This document shows, in pieces, positions 24,622 through 34,001 of a stretch of DNA of 47,476 bases. Position 1 is the stretch's first letter. Every line of letters begins with the position of its first letter. Under the pieces are notes generated by a model. It was not told the origin of the DNA, made no database searches, and saw only the letters and a program-made list of their open reading frames with translations. The DNA is from Candidatus Nomurabacteria bacterium RIFCSPLOWO2_01_FULL_42_20 (GTDB lineage Bacteria; Patescibacteriota; Minisyncoccia; Phycocordibacterales; CAZVEC01). The stretch lies in contig MFVF01000016.1 in NCBI GenBank assembly GCA_001785965.1, positions 2,098-49,573 of the forward strand, in the 5' to 3' direction. The translations under genes and the position numbers were made by a program.

Positions 24622-25644
24622 TTAAATAGTTTCAGCCGCTTTTAAAACGTGTTCGACAAGCGTCTTCACGTATCCTGCTTCATTATCATACCAAGAAAGA
24701 ATTTTTACCAAATTACCGTCCACAACTTTAGTAAAATTAAGATCAACGATCGCGCCGTACGGCTCGCCTAAAATATCGCTTGAAACAAGCAGGTCATCGG
24801 AGACTTTCAATACCTTGTTCCATCTTGGTTCGCTGGCGGCCTTTTTTAAAATTTTATTGACCTCTTCAGCGGTCGTATTTTTTTTAGACAAAAAAGTGAT
24901 GTCGGCAATTGATCCAGCCGGCACGGGTACGCGCATGGCCATGCCGTCAAATTTTCCGCTCAATTCCTTGATGGCTCTAGTCACAGCGGCAGCCGCGCCG
25001 GTGGTTGACGGCGTAATGTTTTGCGCGGCGGCTCGGCCTCGGCGAAAATCTTTGCCTTTTGTCGGGCCGTCCACAATATTTTGAGTCGCAGTATAGCCAT
25101 GAACTGTATTCAAAACGGCTTTTTCAATACCAACTGTTTCATGCATGATCTGAATAATGGGTGAAGCGGCGTTAGTGGTGCAAGAACCGTTTGAAGTTAT
25201 TCTGCAAGTCTGGAAGGCTTCTTCATTTACACCTATTAAGACGGTCTGGCCGTTTGGATTATCAGCATCTTTAGCGGGCGCTGTTATCACAACCCTCTTT
25301 GCCCCGGCGTCTAAATGAACCTTGGCCTTCTCATATGATTCAAAAACTCCGGTGGACTCAATTACAATATCAACAGCTAAATCTTTCCAAGGTAACTGTG
25401 CCGGGTCTTTAATCTGTAAATATTTGATCTTTTGCCCGGCAACCGAAATAGATCCGTCAGTAATTTTAACCTCTTTGTCATATCTACCGTAGACTGTGTC
25501 ATATTTTAAAAGATAAGCCAGGTTATCAATATCACCAAGATCATTTATAGCGACTATTTCAATATTCGGATTCTTTAAAACCTGTTTGAAGAAAAGCCGA
25601 CCAATCCGCCCAAAACCATTTATTGCAATTTTTGTTTTTTTCAT
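24622..25644 (-). CDS. gap: Glyceraldehyde-3-phosphate dehydrogenase, type I
   Basis: INGFGRIGR, SNGSCTTNAASP and WYDNEAGY are present. Confidence 0.95.
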   Translation of the reverse strand: MKKTKIAINGFGRIGRLFFKQVLKNPNIEIVAINDLGDIDNLAYLLKYDTVYGRYDKEVKITDGSISVAGQKIKYLQIKDPAQLPWKDLAVDIVIESTGVFESYEKAKVHLDAGAKRVVITAPAKDADNPNGQTVLIGVNEEAFQTCRITSNGSCTTNAASPIIQIMHETVGIEKAVLNTVHGYTATQNIVDGPTKGKDFRRGRAAAQNITPSTTGAAAAVTRAIKELSGKFDGMAMRVPVPAGSIADITFLSKKNTTAEEVNKILKKAASEPRWNKVLKVSDDLLVSSDILGEPYGAIVDLNFTKVVDGNLVKILSWYDNEAGYVKTLVEHVLKAAETI

Positions 25645-25683
25645 ATTTTTACTTTATAACATTATATTGGCTAGCGAGGAGCA

Positions 25684-25709
25684 TGTGCTCCGACCTAGGT
25701 CGGAGCACA
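25684..25709. repeat. 26-nt perfect GC-rich palindrome between gatB and gap
   Basis: tgtgctccgacc ta ggtcggagcaca. No U-run follows on either strand. Confidence 0.85.
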
Positions 25710-25763
25710 ATGTCCGAGCGAAGACAATATATCGTAATCGATATAACTTTATAAGCTTTATAA

Positions 25764-27242
25764 CTATTCTAGCATTTTTTTCAATAATTTTCCCGCCACC
25801 TGTGGATTAGCTGATCCCTTGGAGACTTTCATAACTTGACCGACAAGGTATTGAAGCGAAGCTTCTTTGCCCTGTTTGTATTCGGCCACAACGGTTTCAT
25901 TTTCAGCCAAAATTTTCCCGATCATGGCTTTCAGCTCTCCTTCATCGCTTTGCTGGAGCAATCCTTTTTCAACAGCTATTTTCATCGGCGAATCATCGTG
26001 TCCGTGCATGTGACCCAATATTTCCTTAGCTCCGCGCGACGAAATTTTGCCTTCAGAAATCATATTGATAAGTTCGGAAAAATTAGCCGGTTTTGGCAGT
26101 GTCGCCTCAAAAGCTGTATTCAAATGAGCCAAGACATCAGAAGTGATGTAATTCGAAGCAAGTCTAATCTTATCCATATCCTTATCCATATCTGTACCAA
26201 AAGGCTTTGTAACGCTTTCGAAATATTCTCCAAGCATTTGATTCTGAACAAAAATCTCTATTGCCTCACTGACAATACCGTATTTCTTTAATCTTTCTCT
26301 TTTCTGCCAAGGCAATTCCGGTAAACTTGTTTTCAATTCATCCAAATTGAAAATCTCACTCAAATAAATCTTGGGCAAATCTGGGTCAGGGAAATATCTG
26401 TAATCGTGAGATGATTCTTTGGCGCGTTGCGAGAAAGTAGACTGTTTATTCTCATCCCAGCCACGCGTTTCTTGCACTATTTCATCTCCCCGATCTTCTT
26501 TCAGAAGATTAGTCATTCTTTCAATTTCATATTTAATAGCCCGCTCTGCTGATCTAAATGAATTTAAATTTTTGACTTCAACTTTTGTTCCAAGTTTTGC
26601 TTTTCCTTCTGCGATTTTCTGCGTAAATTCTGCGTAAGTCTGCGCTCCGTTGCCATCGGCAACGGAGATATTGGCCTCAACTCTCATCTGACCTTTTTCC
26701 ATGTCTACATCGGAAACACCGAGATAACGGAGAAGCAATTGAAGTTCGCGCGCAAAAGCTCCGGCTTCTCCAGAGCTTTTAATCACCGGCTCTGTCACAA
26801 GTTCCATAAGCGGAACACCAGCACGATTAAAATCAACCAAACTATATCCTTCTTTGGGATAGTGAAACGACTTTGCCGTATCTTCTTCGAGATGCACTCT
26901 CGTAATTTTTATTCCATTCAAACTGCCGCCGGAAACAATCGGATATTTATACTGGCTGATCTGATAGCCCTTCGGAATGTCCGGATAGAAGTAATTTTTG
27001 CGGTCAAATTCGGTAAAATTAGCAATCTCACCGCCAAGCGCAAGTCCTGTGCGAATAACATGCTCCACTGCTTTTTTATTGATCACTGGCAAAGTTCCGG
27101 GATGCGCCATACAGACCGGGCAGATATTAACATTCGGTCGTGTTTCATCCGGGTCGTTCTTAGAATTGCAAAACATCTTCGTCTTAGTACGTAATTCAGC
27201 ATGAATCTCTAGACCAATTGTAGGATAATATTGTTTACTCAT
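25764..27242 (-). CDS. gatB: Asp/Glu-tRNA amidotransferase subunit B
   Basis: MSKQYYPTIGLEIHAEL...CPVC..HPGTLP. The start is set at the ATG at 27242, because the track ORF begins at an upstream TTG inside an inserted element. Confidence 0.95.
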   Translation of the reverse strand: MSKQYYPTIGLEIHAELRTKTKMFCNSKNDPDETRPNVNICPVCMAHPGTLPVINKKAVEHVIRTGLALGGEIANFTEFDRKNYFYPDIPKGYQISQYKYPIVSGGSLNGIKITRVHLEEDTAKSFHYPKEGYSLVDFNRAGVPLMELVTEPVIKSSGEAGAFARELQLLLRYLGVSDVDMEKGQMRVEANISVADGNGAQTYAEFTQKIAEGKAKLGTKVEVKNLNSFRSAERAIKYEIERMTNLLKEDRGDEIVQETRGWDENKQSTFSQRAKESSHDYRYFPDPDLPKIYLSEIFNLDELKTSLPELPWQKRERLKKYGIVSEAIEIFVQNQMLGEYFESVTKPFGTDMDKDMDKIRLASNYITSDVLAHLNTAFEATLPKPANFSELINMISEGKISSRGAKEILGHMHGHDDSPMKIAVEKGLLQQSDEGELKAMIGKILAENETVVAEYKQGKEASLQYLVGQVMKVSKGSANPQVAGKLLKKMLE

Positions 27243-27318
27243 AGCGTGCTTGCCCTTCCGTAGCTTTAGCGAAGGAGGGGATTTCAAGACCTATAGTTGG
27301 ATAATATTGTTTACTCAT
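27235..27318 (-). other. 27-codon upstream mini-ORF that duplicates the first 13 codons of gatB
   Basis: It reads MSKQYYPTIGLEIPSFAKATEGQARYE*. Its TAA overlaps the real gatB start (ATGAGTAA). Confidence 0.6.
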
Positions 27319-27366
27319 ACATGTACTATTTATTATACTACGAATTGTGTTAAAATTAAAAATGAG

Positions 27367-28041
27367 ATGAAAAAAGTATTCACTAAAAGAAATATTATTA
27401 TTTTTATTATCGTCGTCGGACTAATATTTATTTTTTGGAGCTCGTCCTTGCTTCAAGGTTATTTTCAGGATGCCACCGTATTTTTACAAAATTATGGCGC
27501 TGCCCATCCTTATATAAGCATTCTCATATTTGTCGGCTTATCAATGCTCTCGGCCATGCTCATATCATTCTCAAGCGTTTGGCTGGTACCGGCAGCTGTC
27601 GTTCTTTGGAATAATCATTTTACCATAACACTGCTTCTTTCAAGCTGGCTTCTTGGCGCTGTTTTTTCCTATCTGATTGGCCGCTATGGCGGCTATCCAT
27701 TAGTGAAAAAATTTGTCAATGCCTCAAAGGTAGCTTATTACGAAAAAATGGTTACAGAAAAATTTGGCGCTGGTCTTATATTTTTGCTTCGTTTAACACT
27801 GCCTTCAGAAATTCCCGGCTACTTGCTCGGCATTGTCCGTTACTCATTTGTTAAATATTTCATAATCACATTCTTAGCGGAACTGCCTTACGCAATTTAT
27901 TCTGTTTATGCCATTGATTCAATCATTGAAAAAAAACCAACAACATTTGCAGTCGCAGCGATAATTTGGTTTATGGCCGCTTGGCTTTTGACTTATTTGT
28001 ATTACAAGAAGATAAAAAAAGGAGCTGATAATAGAGAGTAA
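27367..28041 (+). CDS. TVP38/TMEM64 (DedA-related, VTT-domain) membrane protein
   Basis: The start is moved to MKKVFTKRN (27367). The motif LLGAVFSYLIGRYGGYPLVKKFV is present. Confidence 0.7.
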   Translation: MKKVFTKRNIIIFIIVVGLIFIFWSSSLLQGYFQDATVFLQNYGAAHPYISILIFVGLSMLSAMLISFSSVWLVPAAVVLWNNHFTITLLLSSWLLGAVFSYLIGRYGGYPLVKKFVNASKVAYYEKMVTEKFGAGLIFLLRLTLPSEIPGYLLGIVRYSFVKYFIITFLAELPYAIYSVYAIDSIIEKKPTTFAVAAIIWFMAAWLLTYLYYKKIKKGADNRE

Positions 28042-28057
28042 GATATATTAAATTTTT

Positions 28058-29065
28058 TTAAGTAATTTTTAAAATCTTTATTAATTCATCAGCAAACGAT
28101 TTGACTGACTCGTCGTCGTAGAGGGAAAGAGTAAAAACCGGTTTCTTTAACTTTTTGAATTCTGTCACTTTCTTTTTAAGAATTTTAGGATCATCCACAA
28201 CATCCGTCTTAGTCAGAATTATTATTTCGTCTTTTTCAACTAGTGAGGGGCTTGCCCCGTGATCGCTCTCTGATTTTACGGGGTCATATTTTCCCAATTC
28301 TTTTCTAATCTTTTTGTAAACATCCATCATTTCATCGCCGTTTTCAAATGAAACAAGATGCGCGAGCATTTTGGTGCGTTTAATGTGGCGGAGGAATTTT
28401 GTACCCAAGCCCTTGCCTTCGGCCGCGCCTTCAATCAGACCAGGAATGTCAGCGATGATGTAGCCGTAAAAATCGCCCAGATTCGGGTCAAGGGTAGTGA
28501 AAGGATAGGCGGCCACTTTAGCCGAAGCCTCTGTCAGGGCGTTCAAGAGACTTGATTTGCCGGCATTTGGCAGGCCGACGAGTCCGACATCGGCAAAAAG
28601 CCGCAGTTCAATATAAAAATCAGCTTCTTCGCCCGGCTTGCCGGGAGTTGTCTCCCTTGGAGAGCGATTGATTGAGCTTTTGAAATGTTCATTGCCCCAG
28701 CCGCCGCGCCCGCCGGGGAGCAAAAGGATTTTTTCACCTTCATTTAAGAGCTCGTAAGTTCTATCTGTATCTAAGTTTTTTATAACTGACCCTATTGGCA
28801 GTTTAATAATCAAGTCTTCACCATTCGCGCCATGCATACTTTTGCTTTGGCCATCCTGCCCGTTTAGAGCTTTGAATTCTTTTTGATTGCGATACTTGGC
28901 TAAAATATAAATATCGCGGACAACTTCCGCGTAGACATCGCCGCCCTTGCCGCCATCGCCACCGGCCGGCCCGGAAAATTCCTTGCCTTTTTCGTGGAGC
29001 CAACGAACAACGCCGCTCCCGCCATCGCCCGCTTTCGCGTAAATTTTTAGTTCATCGATAAACAT
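28058..29065 (-). CDS. obg: GTPase Obg/CgtA
   Basis: FIDELKIYAKAGDGGSGVV, GGDGGKGGDVY and GLVGLPNAGKSSLL are present. Confidence 0.95.
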   Translation of the reverse strand: MFIDELKIYAKAGDGGSGVVRWLHEKGKEFSGPAGGDGGKGGDVYAEVVRDIYILAKYRNQKEFKALNGQDGQSKSMHGANGEDLIIKLPIGSVIKNLDTDRTYELLNEGEKILLLPGGRGGWGNEHFKSSINRSPRETTPGKPGEEADFYIELRLFADVGLVGLPNAGKSSLLNALTEASAKVAAYPFTTLDPNLGDFYGYIIADIPGLIEGAAEGKGLGTKFLRHIKRTKMLAHLVSFENGDEMMDVYKKIRKELGKYDPVKSESDHGASPSLVEKDEIIILTKTDVVDDPKILKKKVTEFKKLKKPVFTLSLYDDESVKSFADELIKILKIT

Positions 29066-29088
29066 AAATAGCTTCTAGCTACTAGCGC

Positions 29089-30048
29089 CTAGCTTTTTGA
29101 TTCTAATGCTAGCTTTGCTAATTTGATCGCGCCTTCATAAGATTTTGCGACGCAAATAAATAAATCTTTGTGGCAAAATAAAGCGTCTTTAACGCCTGTG
29201 ACGTTAGCTAATTCTTCATCTCGCAGTCCCGCCCAGCTCTCGGGAAAATATTTACGGCGCTTGAATTTCTCGCCGGCAATTATAACTGCTTCCGCTTGCC
29301 ACTTATCTTCTTCGCGCGGGCTGATTACATACAAAGGCTCAAGGTATTCGGCAAGCACCCTTTTCCAAGGCAAATATCTTTTTAGAATAATGAGCCTTTT
29401 GTCTTCGGATTCTTCGTAAGTCTTTTGCACCAAAACGTCAGACTCTCTTTTCGCCTGTTCCCGGATTATTTCTCGCTCAAGAATTTTTTTAGCTAGATCC
29501 ACCACTTTTAAAAATTGTTCATCGACATTTTTCTCGTCGCGCTCGCCTTCCTTCCATGTTGGAAGAAATGTGTCAAATACATTTGAAATATCATAATCAG
29601 ATACATCCTCTATAAGATTTTTGGAAATCAAAACACCGCTGTCGCCGGCATCTGTCGGCTGAACTAATTTTTTGTCAATTGTGAGAGCAACTTCCTTACT
29701 GCCGCATATTTCTTCTCCGAATTTTTTCCAGACAAGACCAAAAGAGGCATAGGGAATTCCATTTTCCCCCTCGACTTCCCTCGACCCTGCTCGGGACGAG
29801 CCGCTCGGGGCAGGCCTCTTCCCCGCTCCTTCTCTTTGATGATGATCAAATCTGTTTTTGGCTGGATCATAAATACCCCCCACATCCACTACATAATTTC
29901 CTGTTTTAATTATTTTTTCATCCCGAGTTCTTATGATTTTTACTTTGCCTTTTTCTAATATAGAAAGCGCGGCGCAGGCGAAAACATCATCGGCGTGGAA
30001 AGACCCGCTGTGTGTGACAATTATTTTCTTTTTATTATTTATACGCAT
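29089..30048 (-). CDS. MYG1/UPF0160-family metal-dependent hydrolase
   Basis: VTHSGSFHADDVFACAAL and FDHHQ are present. Confidence 0.85.
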   Translation of the reverse strand: MRINNKKKIIVTHSGSFHADDVFACAALSILEKGKVKIIRTRDEKIIKTGNYVVDVGGIYDPAKNRFDHHQREGAGKRPAPSGSSRAGSREVEGENGIPYASFGLVWKKFGEEICGSKEVALTIDKKLVQPTDAGDSGVLISKNLIEDVSDYDISNVFDTFLPTWKEGERDEKNVDEQFLKVVDLAKKILEREIIREQAKRESDVLVQKTYEESEDKRLIILKRYLPWKRVLAEYLEPLYVISPREEDKWQAEAVIIAGEKFKRRKYFPESWAGLRDEELANVTGVKDALFCHKDLFICVAKSYEGAIKLAKLALESKS

Positions 30049-30061
30049 TCTGGCTTAATTT

Positions 30062-30106
30062 ACCCCCACACCTATTTTGAAATTTGAGCAAAATAGGTGT
30101 GGGGGT
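30062..30106 (-). terminator. 17-bp hairpin between the DedA-like and MYG1 genes
   Basis: acccccacacctatttt pairs with aaaataggtgtgggggt. Confidence 0.55.
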
Positions 30107-30111
30107 TTACT

Positions 30112-30783
30112 TTATTTACTGTCCTTGCTGTATTTACTGTCTTTACTGTCTTCACTGTATTTACTGTCCTCGCTGTTTTTAATGTGCTTATGATAAAATT
30201 GCTCAAAAATTTCATAGATAAAAGTAACAATTTTCTCTATAATAATAAATCCTATTATAAATAATATGACAATGAGAGCAAATTTTTTAAACTCTTGCGT
30301 AACGGTGAGCGCGGTAAAACTGAAGAAATAACCGAGCGATATAACAATGCTTCCCCACAATAAGTTAGAAAAAATTTCGGCTTTGAAATAAGTTTTAAAT
30401 TTCAGTTTCAAGTAACCCGCAAAGATGAGAGCAAAATTATTCAAACTAACCAAAAATTTAGAAATGAATATCGACCAAAATGGCTTTTCTTCCATATGCG
30501 GAAAAAAGCGAGCGGCTCTTTTTTGAATGTATTTTAAAATTTTACTCTCCGGATAACGCTTCCGTAAAAAAGCGCCCAGATTGTAAGCAATAAAACTTTT
30601 GGAAACCAGGCCCGATAAAATTAAAATAATAGACGGCAGAAAATTTATAGCCCCCAGATGAAGCAAGATGCCGGCTAAAATCAAAACAATCTCGCCTTCA
30701 AGAATCATGCCCAGAAAAAGCGCGATGTAAGCGATTACTTGATATGAAATAACTAAATTTAGCAGAGCGTCAATATTCTCCAT
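30112..30783 (-). CDS. DedA-like membrane protein with a repetitive SEDSKYSKDSK tail
   Basis: LFLGMILEGEIVLILAGILLHLG. The C-terminus is SEDSKYSEDSKDSKYSKDSK. Confidence 0.55.
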   Translation of the reverse strand: MENIDALLNLVISYQVIAYIALFLGMILEGEIVLILAGILLHLGAINFLPSIILILSGLVSKSFIAYNLGAFLRKRYPESKILKYIQKRAARFFPHMEEKPFWSIFISKFLVSLNNFALIFAGYLKLKFKTYFKAEIFSNLLWGSIVISLGYFFSFTALTVTQEFKKFALIVILFIIGFIIIEKIVTFIYEIFEQFYHKHIKNSEDSKYSEDSKDSKYSKDSK

Positions 30784-30795
30784 GCGGAATTTTAA

Positions 30796-31131
30796 TTATT
30801 TCCTTACCTTATCAAAGATCCAGTTTATAAGCGAGATAATAATCGCGCCGATGATGGCGTCTTTCCAAGTTATGACATCAAAGCCGTCAATAATTGTGGA
30901 CGGGAACCAGAAAAATAAAACGTTCAGGGCGACGGAAAACAGGCCGAAAGTAATAAGATTAAGCGGCAAAGTCAGAATTTTTAAAATCGGGCGGACAATA
31001 ATATTTATAAATACTAAAATAGCGCCGACAATTGCCGCCACCCACCAAGGTGCCACATTAATTCCGGGCAAAAAATACCCAAGTCCATAGACCGCGCCTG
31101 AAAGTATTAACCACTGTAAAATTATTCTCAT
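30796..31131 (-). CDS. Phage-holin-4_2 (DUF360) family membrane protein
   Basis: GYFLPGINV..WWVAAIVGAILVFINIIVRPILKILTLPLNLITFGLF. Confidence 0.8.
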   Translation of the reverse strand: MRIILQWLILSGAVYGLGYFLPGINVAPWWVAAIVGAILVFINIIVRPILKILTLPLNLITFGLFSVALNVLFFWFPSTIIDGFDVITWKDAIIGAIIISLINWIFDKVRK

Positions 31132-31151
31132 TTTTCTTTTAAATATTTTAA

Positions 31152-32372
31152 TTAGGCCGCTTTCTTTTTTTCTTGCTGTGTCTGTTGCGCCTCTTTATCT
31201 TTTGCGGCTAGTAGTTCAGCTAAATTGGCTAAGTTGCGGGTTGAAATATCTTTTTCTTCTTTTTCAACCACTGTTGATTCTTTCTGACTTTTTTCCACCG
31301 CCTCTGGAATAGCTTTACGTTTTTCAATTTGTTGATGAAATTTTTCAATACGGGGATGAGCTTTTCTCTTACCCATTATCTCTGACCAGCTCCGATATTG
31401 CCAGCTCCGATATTGACCTTCCAAGTAAGGCTTGAAAATTTGTTCTATTTCGTCTCCTTTTAAATTATCTTTGAGAAGAATATCTCTTTTTGGATCTCCA
31501 GCTTCGCCCAAGAAACCGGAATCAGTCAATAGGGTAGATAGATTATCTACCCTCCCTTGAGTTAGATTTTCTATTTCTGTTTGAAGAAGGCCTATTTTTC
31601 TTTTCAATTTTTCAGCTTCTTCGGCCTTGTCTTTGTTGTTTTTCAAACTGTTAAAATCTCTGCTGTAGTTGCTTAATTTATCTTTTTTTAAACTGACAAT
31701 TTTTTTTATATTTTTAAATTGAGTAAAGAGATTAATCATTATTCTTCTTTCAAGAACTAGATCTTTCTTAGAAGGATTCTTAATTATTAAGTTTTGATCA
31801 TTAAGCTGACTGATTTGATTCCCATGAGACTCGATATTCTTTAAAACGGCCTGAAGAGCCAGGACAGAAGTCTGATCTGTCTTTCGGCGAAGCTCATCCC
31901 GCTGTTTTATCAAGTTTTTTAGAATTTTTTCTTCAAGGTTTATTTTTTGTTGATTTAATTCAATAGGGTTTATTTTTTGCTGATTTAATTTAATGATCTT
32001 TCTAGATTCTTTTCTGGATTCTTTAAACTTAATATAATCTTCCAGAGTCGCGAAGGCGGCTACGTCTTTCAGACCAGCTTTTGCCTGAACAATTTTTAAA
32101 TTTCGGTCGTACTCATGGTAACGTTTGATCTGGCTTTGAAGCTTTTCATTAATTTCAAGAAGTTTCCGAGGAGAACCCTCTCTTTTTTTATTTAAACTTT
32201 TTCTTTCTGCCGTCCTTTGACTTCTTAATCTCATTATATCTGACACCAGATCATCCATTTTTTTCTTGAGTTGCCGGATCATTTCTGGCGAACTAAAAGA
32301 AGTCCCCCGCTTCTCTTCTGGCTTATTTGCTTGAGGTTGTTGAGAATTTTTTGTTGTTTTTGGAAATTCCAT
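31152..32372 (-). CDS. Lys/Glu/Gln-rich coiled-coil protein, function unknown
   Basis: It is a low-complexity heptad-like sequence with internal duplications (NQQKINPIELNQQKINLEE; YRSWQYRSW). Confidence 0.5.
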   Translation of the reverse strand: MEFPKTTKNSQQPQANKPEEKRGTSFSSPEMIRQLKKKMDDLVSDIMRLRSQRTAERKSLNKKREGSPRKLLEINEKLQSQIKRYHEYDRNLKIVQAKAGLKDVAAFATLEDYIKFKESRKESRKIIKLNQQKINPIELNQQKINLEEKILKNLIKQRDELRRKTDQTSVLALQAVLKNIESHGNQISQLNDQNLIIKNPSKKDLVLERRIMINLFTQFKNIKKIVSLKKDKLSNYSRDFNSLKNNKDKAEEAEKLKRKIGLLQTEIENLTQGRVDNLSTLLTDSGFLGEAGDPKRDILLKDNLKGDEIEQIFKPYLEGQYRSWQYRSWSEIMGKRKAHPRIEKFHQQIEKRKAIPEAVEKSQKESTVVEKEEKDISTRNLANLAELLAAKDKEAQQTQQEKKKAA

Positions 32373-32373
32373 G

Positions 32374-32826
32374 TTAGTTGAATAAATTATCTACTAATTC
32401 TTTGACCATTGCGCCGTCAGCTTTGCCTTTTAATTCTTTCATGAGGGCGGACATGAGCATTCCTTTTTTTGCCGGATCAGTTATGCCAAGTTCTTCTTTC
32501 TTAGCTTTGGCGATCTTTTCAATCTCTTCGCGCGGCATCATTTCAGGCAAATATGCTTCTAAAATTTTAAGCTGGACTTCTTCTTCTTTAACCAAGTCTT
32601 CCCTGCCGCCTTTTTTGAACTGCTCTATGGAATCTTTTCTCTGCTTGGCTAAACGACTAATAACGGCTAAGGCGTCTTCATCAGAAAGCATTTCGTCAGG
32701 CTTTCTTTTCTTGGCCACCAATTCATTGGTAAAAGCCGCCAAAACACCCCGCAAAACATCGAGCCGCATCTGTTCTTTAGCCTTCATCGCCTTTTTTATT
32801 TCTTCTTTGATATTTTGATGTAACAT
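32374..32826 (-). CDS. yqeY: GatB/YqeY-domain protein
   Basis: IKEEIKKAMKAKEQMRLDVLRGVLAAF...EEVQLKILEAYLP. Confidence 0.9.
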   Translation of the reverse strand: MLHQNIKEEIKKAMKAKEQMRLDVLRGVLAAFTNELVAKKRKPDEMLSDEDALAVISRLAKQRKDSIEQFKKGGREDLVKEEEVQLKILEAYLPEMMPREEIEKIAKAKKEELGITDPAKKGMLMSALMKELKGKADGAMVKELVDNLFN

Positions 32827-32940
32827 CTTGATAAGTAAATTAAGTGAATAAAGTAAATCAAGTAAATTAAGCTTAATTCACTTAACTTGCTTACTTTACT
32901 TAACTCGCTTATATTTTAACAAATATGTTAAAATAATGCT

Positions 32941-33789
32941 ATGTCTCAATACTACAATCCTAAACGCACGCGTAATCTCTTTGACCCTAAATCAACCCTG
33001 CCTTTTGGCGTCAGCCGATCAAAAATTGACCTTTTTATAGAGTGTCCGCGCTGTTTCTATCTTGATCGGCGGTTGGGCGTCGGCCGGCCGCCCGGTTTCC
33101 CTTTCACTTTAAATTCTGCCGTCGATAAATTATTAAAAAAAGAATTTGATATTCATAGAGCGGCCAACACTGCCCATCCTTTGATGAAAACTTACGGCAT
33201 AAACGCCGTACCTTTTGCCCACCGAGAACTTGAACAGTGGCGGGATAATTTCAAAGGGGTCAGGTTTCTTCATAAGCCAACTAACCTGACGATCAGCGGC
33301 GCGATTGACGATGTTTGGATAAATCCGGCTGGCGAACTCTCTGTCGTGGATTACAAAGCCACCGCCAAAGAAGCGGAAGTTACTCTGGATGCGGAATGGC
33401 AAATCGGCTACAAAAGGCAGATGGAAGTTTACCAGTGGCTTCTGCGACAAAATGGCCACAAGGTTTCTAACACTGGTTATTTCGTCTATGTTAATGGCCG
33501 GACGGATAAAGAAGCCTTTGACGGCAAACTTGAGTTTGACGTAAAAATTATTCCCTACACCGGCAATGATTCGTGGATTGAAAAAACAATTGGTGTTATT
33601 AAAAAGTGTCTAACAGATGACCGCGTCCCCTCCTCATCTTCAAACTGCGACTACTGCGCATATCGAGATGCAGTCGCGGAACAAACCCCAGTAGCAGAGC
33701 AAAGCTCGCTACGGGGCGCGGCGCAGACACCACGTGGAAATGAAAAAATAAAACCTTCCGATCGATCTCCAAAAAGCTTATTTGAATAA
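32941..33789 (+). CDS. Cas4-like PD-(D/E)XK nuclease with Cys pairs at both ends
   Basis: ECPRCFY, GAIDDV (D), VVDYKA (DxK), QMEVYQW (QxxxY) and NCDYCAY are present. Confidence 0.75.
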   Translation: MSQYYNPKRTRNLFDPKSTLPFGVSRSKIDLFIECPRCFYLDRRLGVGRPPGFPFTLNSAVDKLLKKEFDIHRAANTAHPLMKTYGINAVPFAHRELEQWRDNFKGVRFLHKPTNLTISGAIDDVWINPAGELSVVDYKATAKEAEVTLDAEWQIGYKRQMEVYQWLLRQNGHKVSNTGYFVYVNGRTDKEAFDGKLEFDVKIIPYTGNDSWIEKTIGVIKKCLTDDRVPSSSSNCDYCAYRDAVAEQTPVAEQSSLRGAAQTPRGNEKIKPSDRSPKSLFE

Positions 33790-33791
33790 AA

Positions 33792-33832
33792 AAACTGCGG
33801 CTGGTGATAAATCATCTAGCCGCAGTTTGTTC
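33792..33832 (+). terminator. Rho-independent terminator of the Cas4-like gene
   Basis: An 11-bp stem aaactgcggct/agccgcagttt (33792-33802/33818-33828). Confidence 0.7.
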
Positions 33833-33842
33833 GGATAAATTG

Positions 33843-34001
33843 TTAAAGTTCTTCCCTAATTTCATAGAGGTCAACCGCAATCAAACCAAGAAAAACTATA
33901 ACGGGCAAAACTGATAGAACCCTCAAATCATTTGTAATGAACGCTAGCAGCACGACTATAACAACGGAAATAATGTTTAGAATTAAATATAATATTTTCA
34001 T
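33843..34001 (-). CDS. Possible 52-aa two-TM membrane peptide (below the track length cutoff)
   Basis: My hand translation is MKILYLILNIISVVIVVLLAFITNDLRVLSVLPVIVFLGLIAVDLYEIREEL*. Confidence 0.3.
   Translation of the reverse strand: MKILYLILNIISVVIVVLLAFITNDLRVLSVLPVIVFLGLIAVDLYEIREEL

Noticed and set aside
33704-33718. A 14/15-nt match (gctcgctacggggcg versus the reverse complement of 46199-46213) as evidence that all the GC-rich inserts belong to one family.
   Set aside because: My back-of-envelope expectation for 14/15 matches in a 47-kb window on both strands is tens of chance hits, so it is not evidence on its own.
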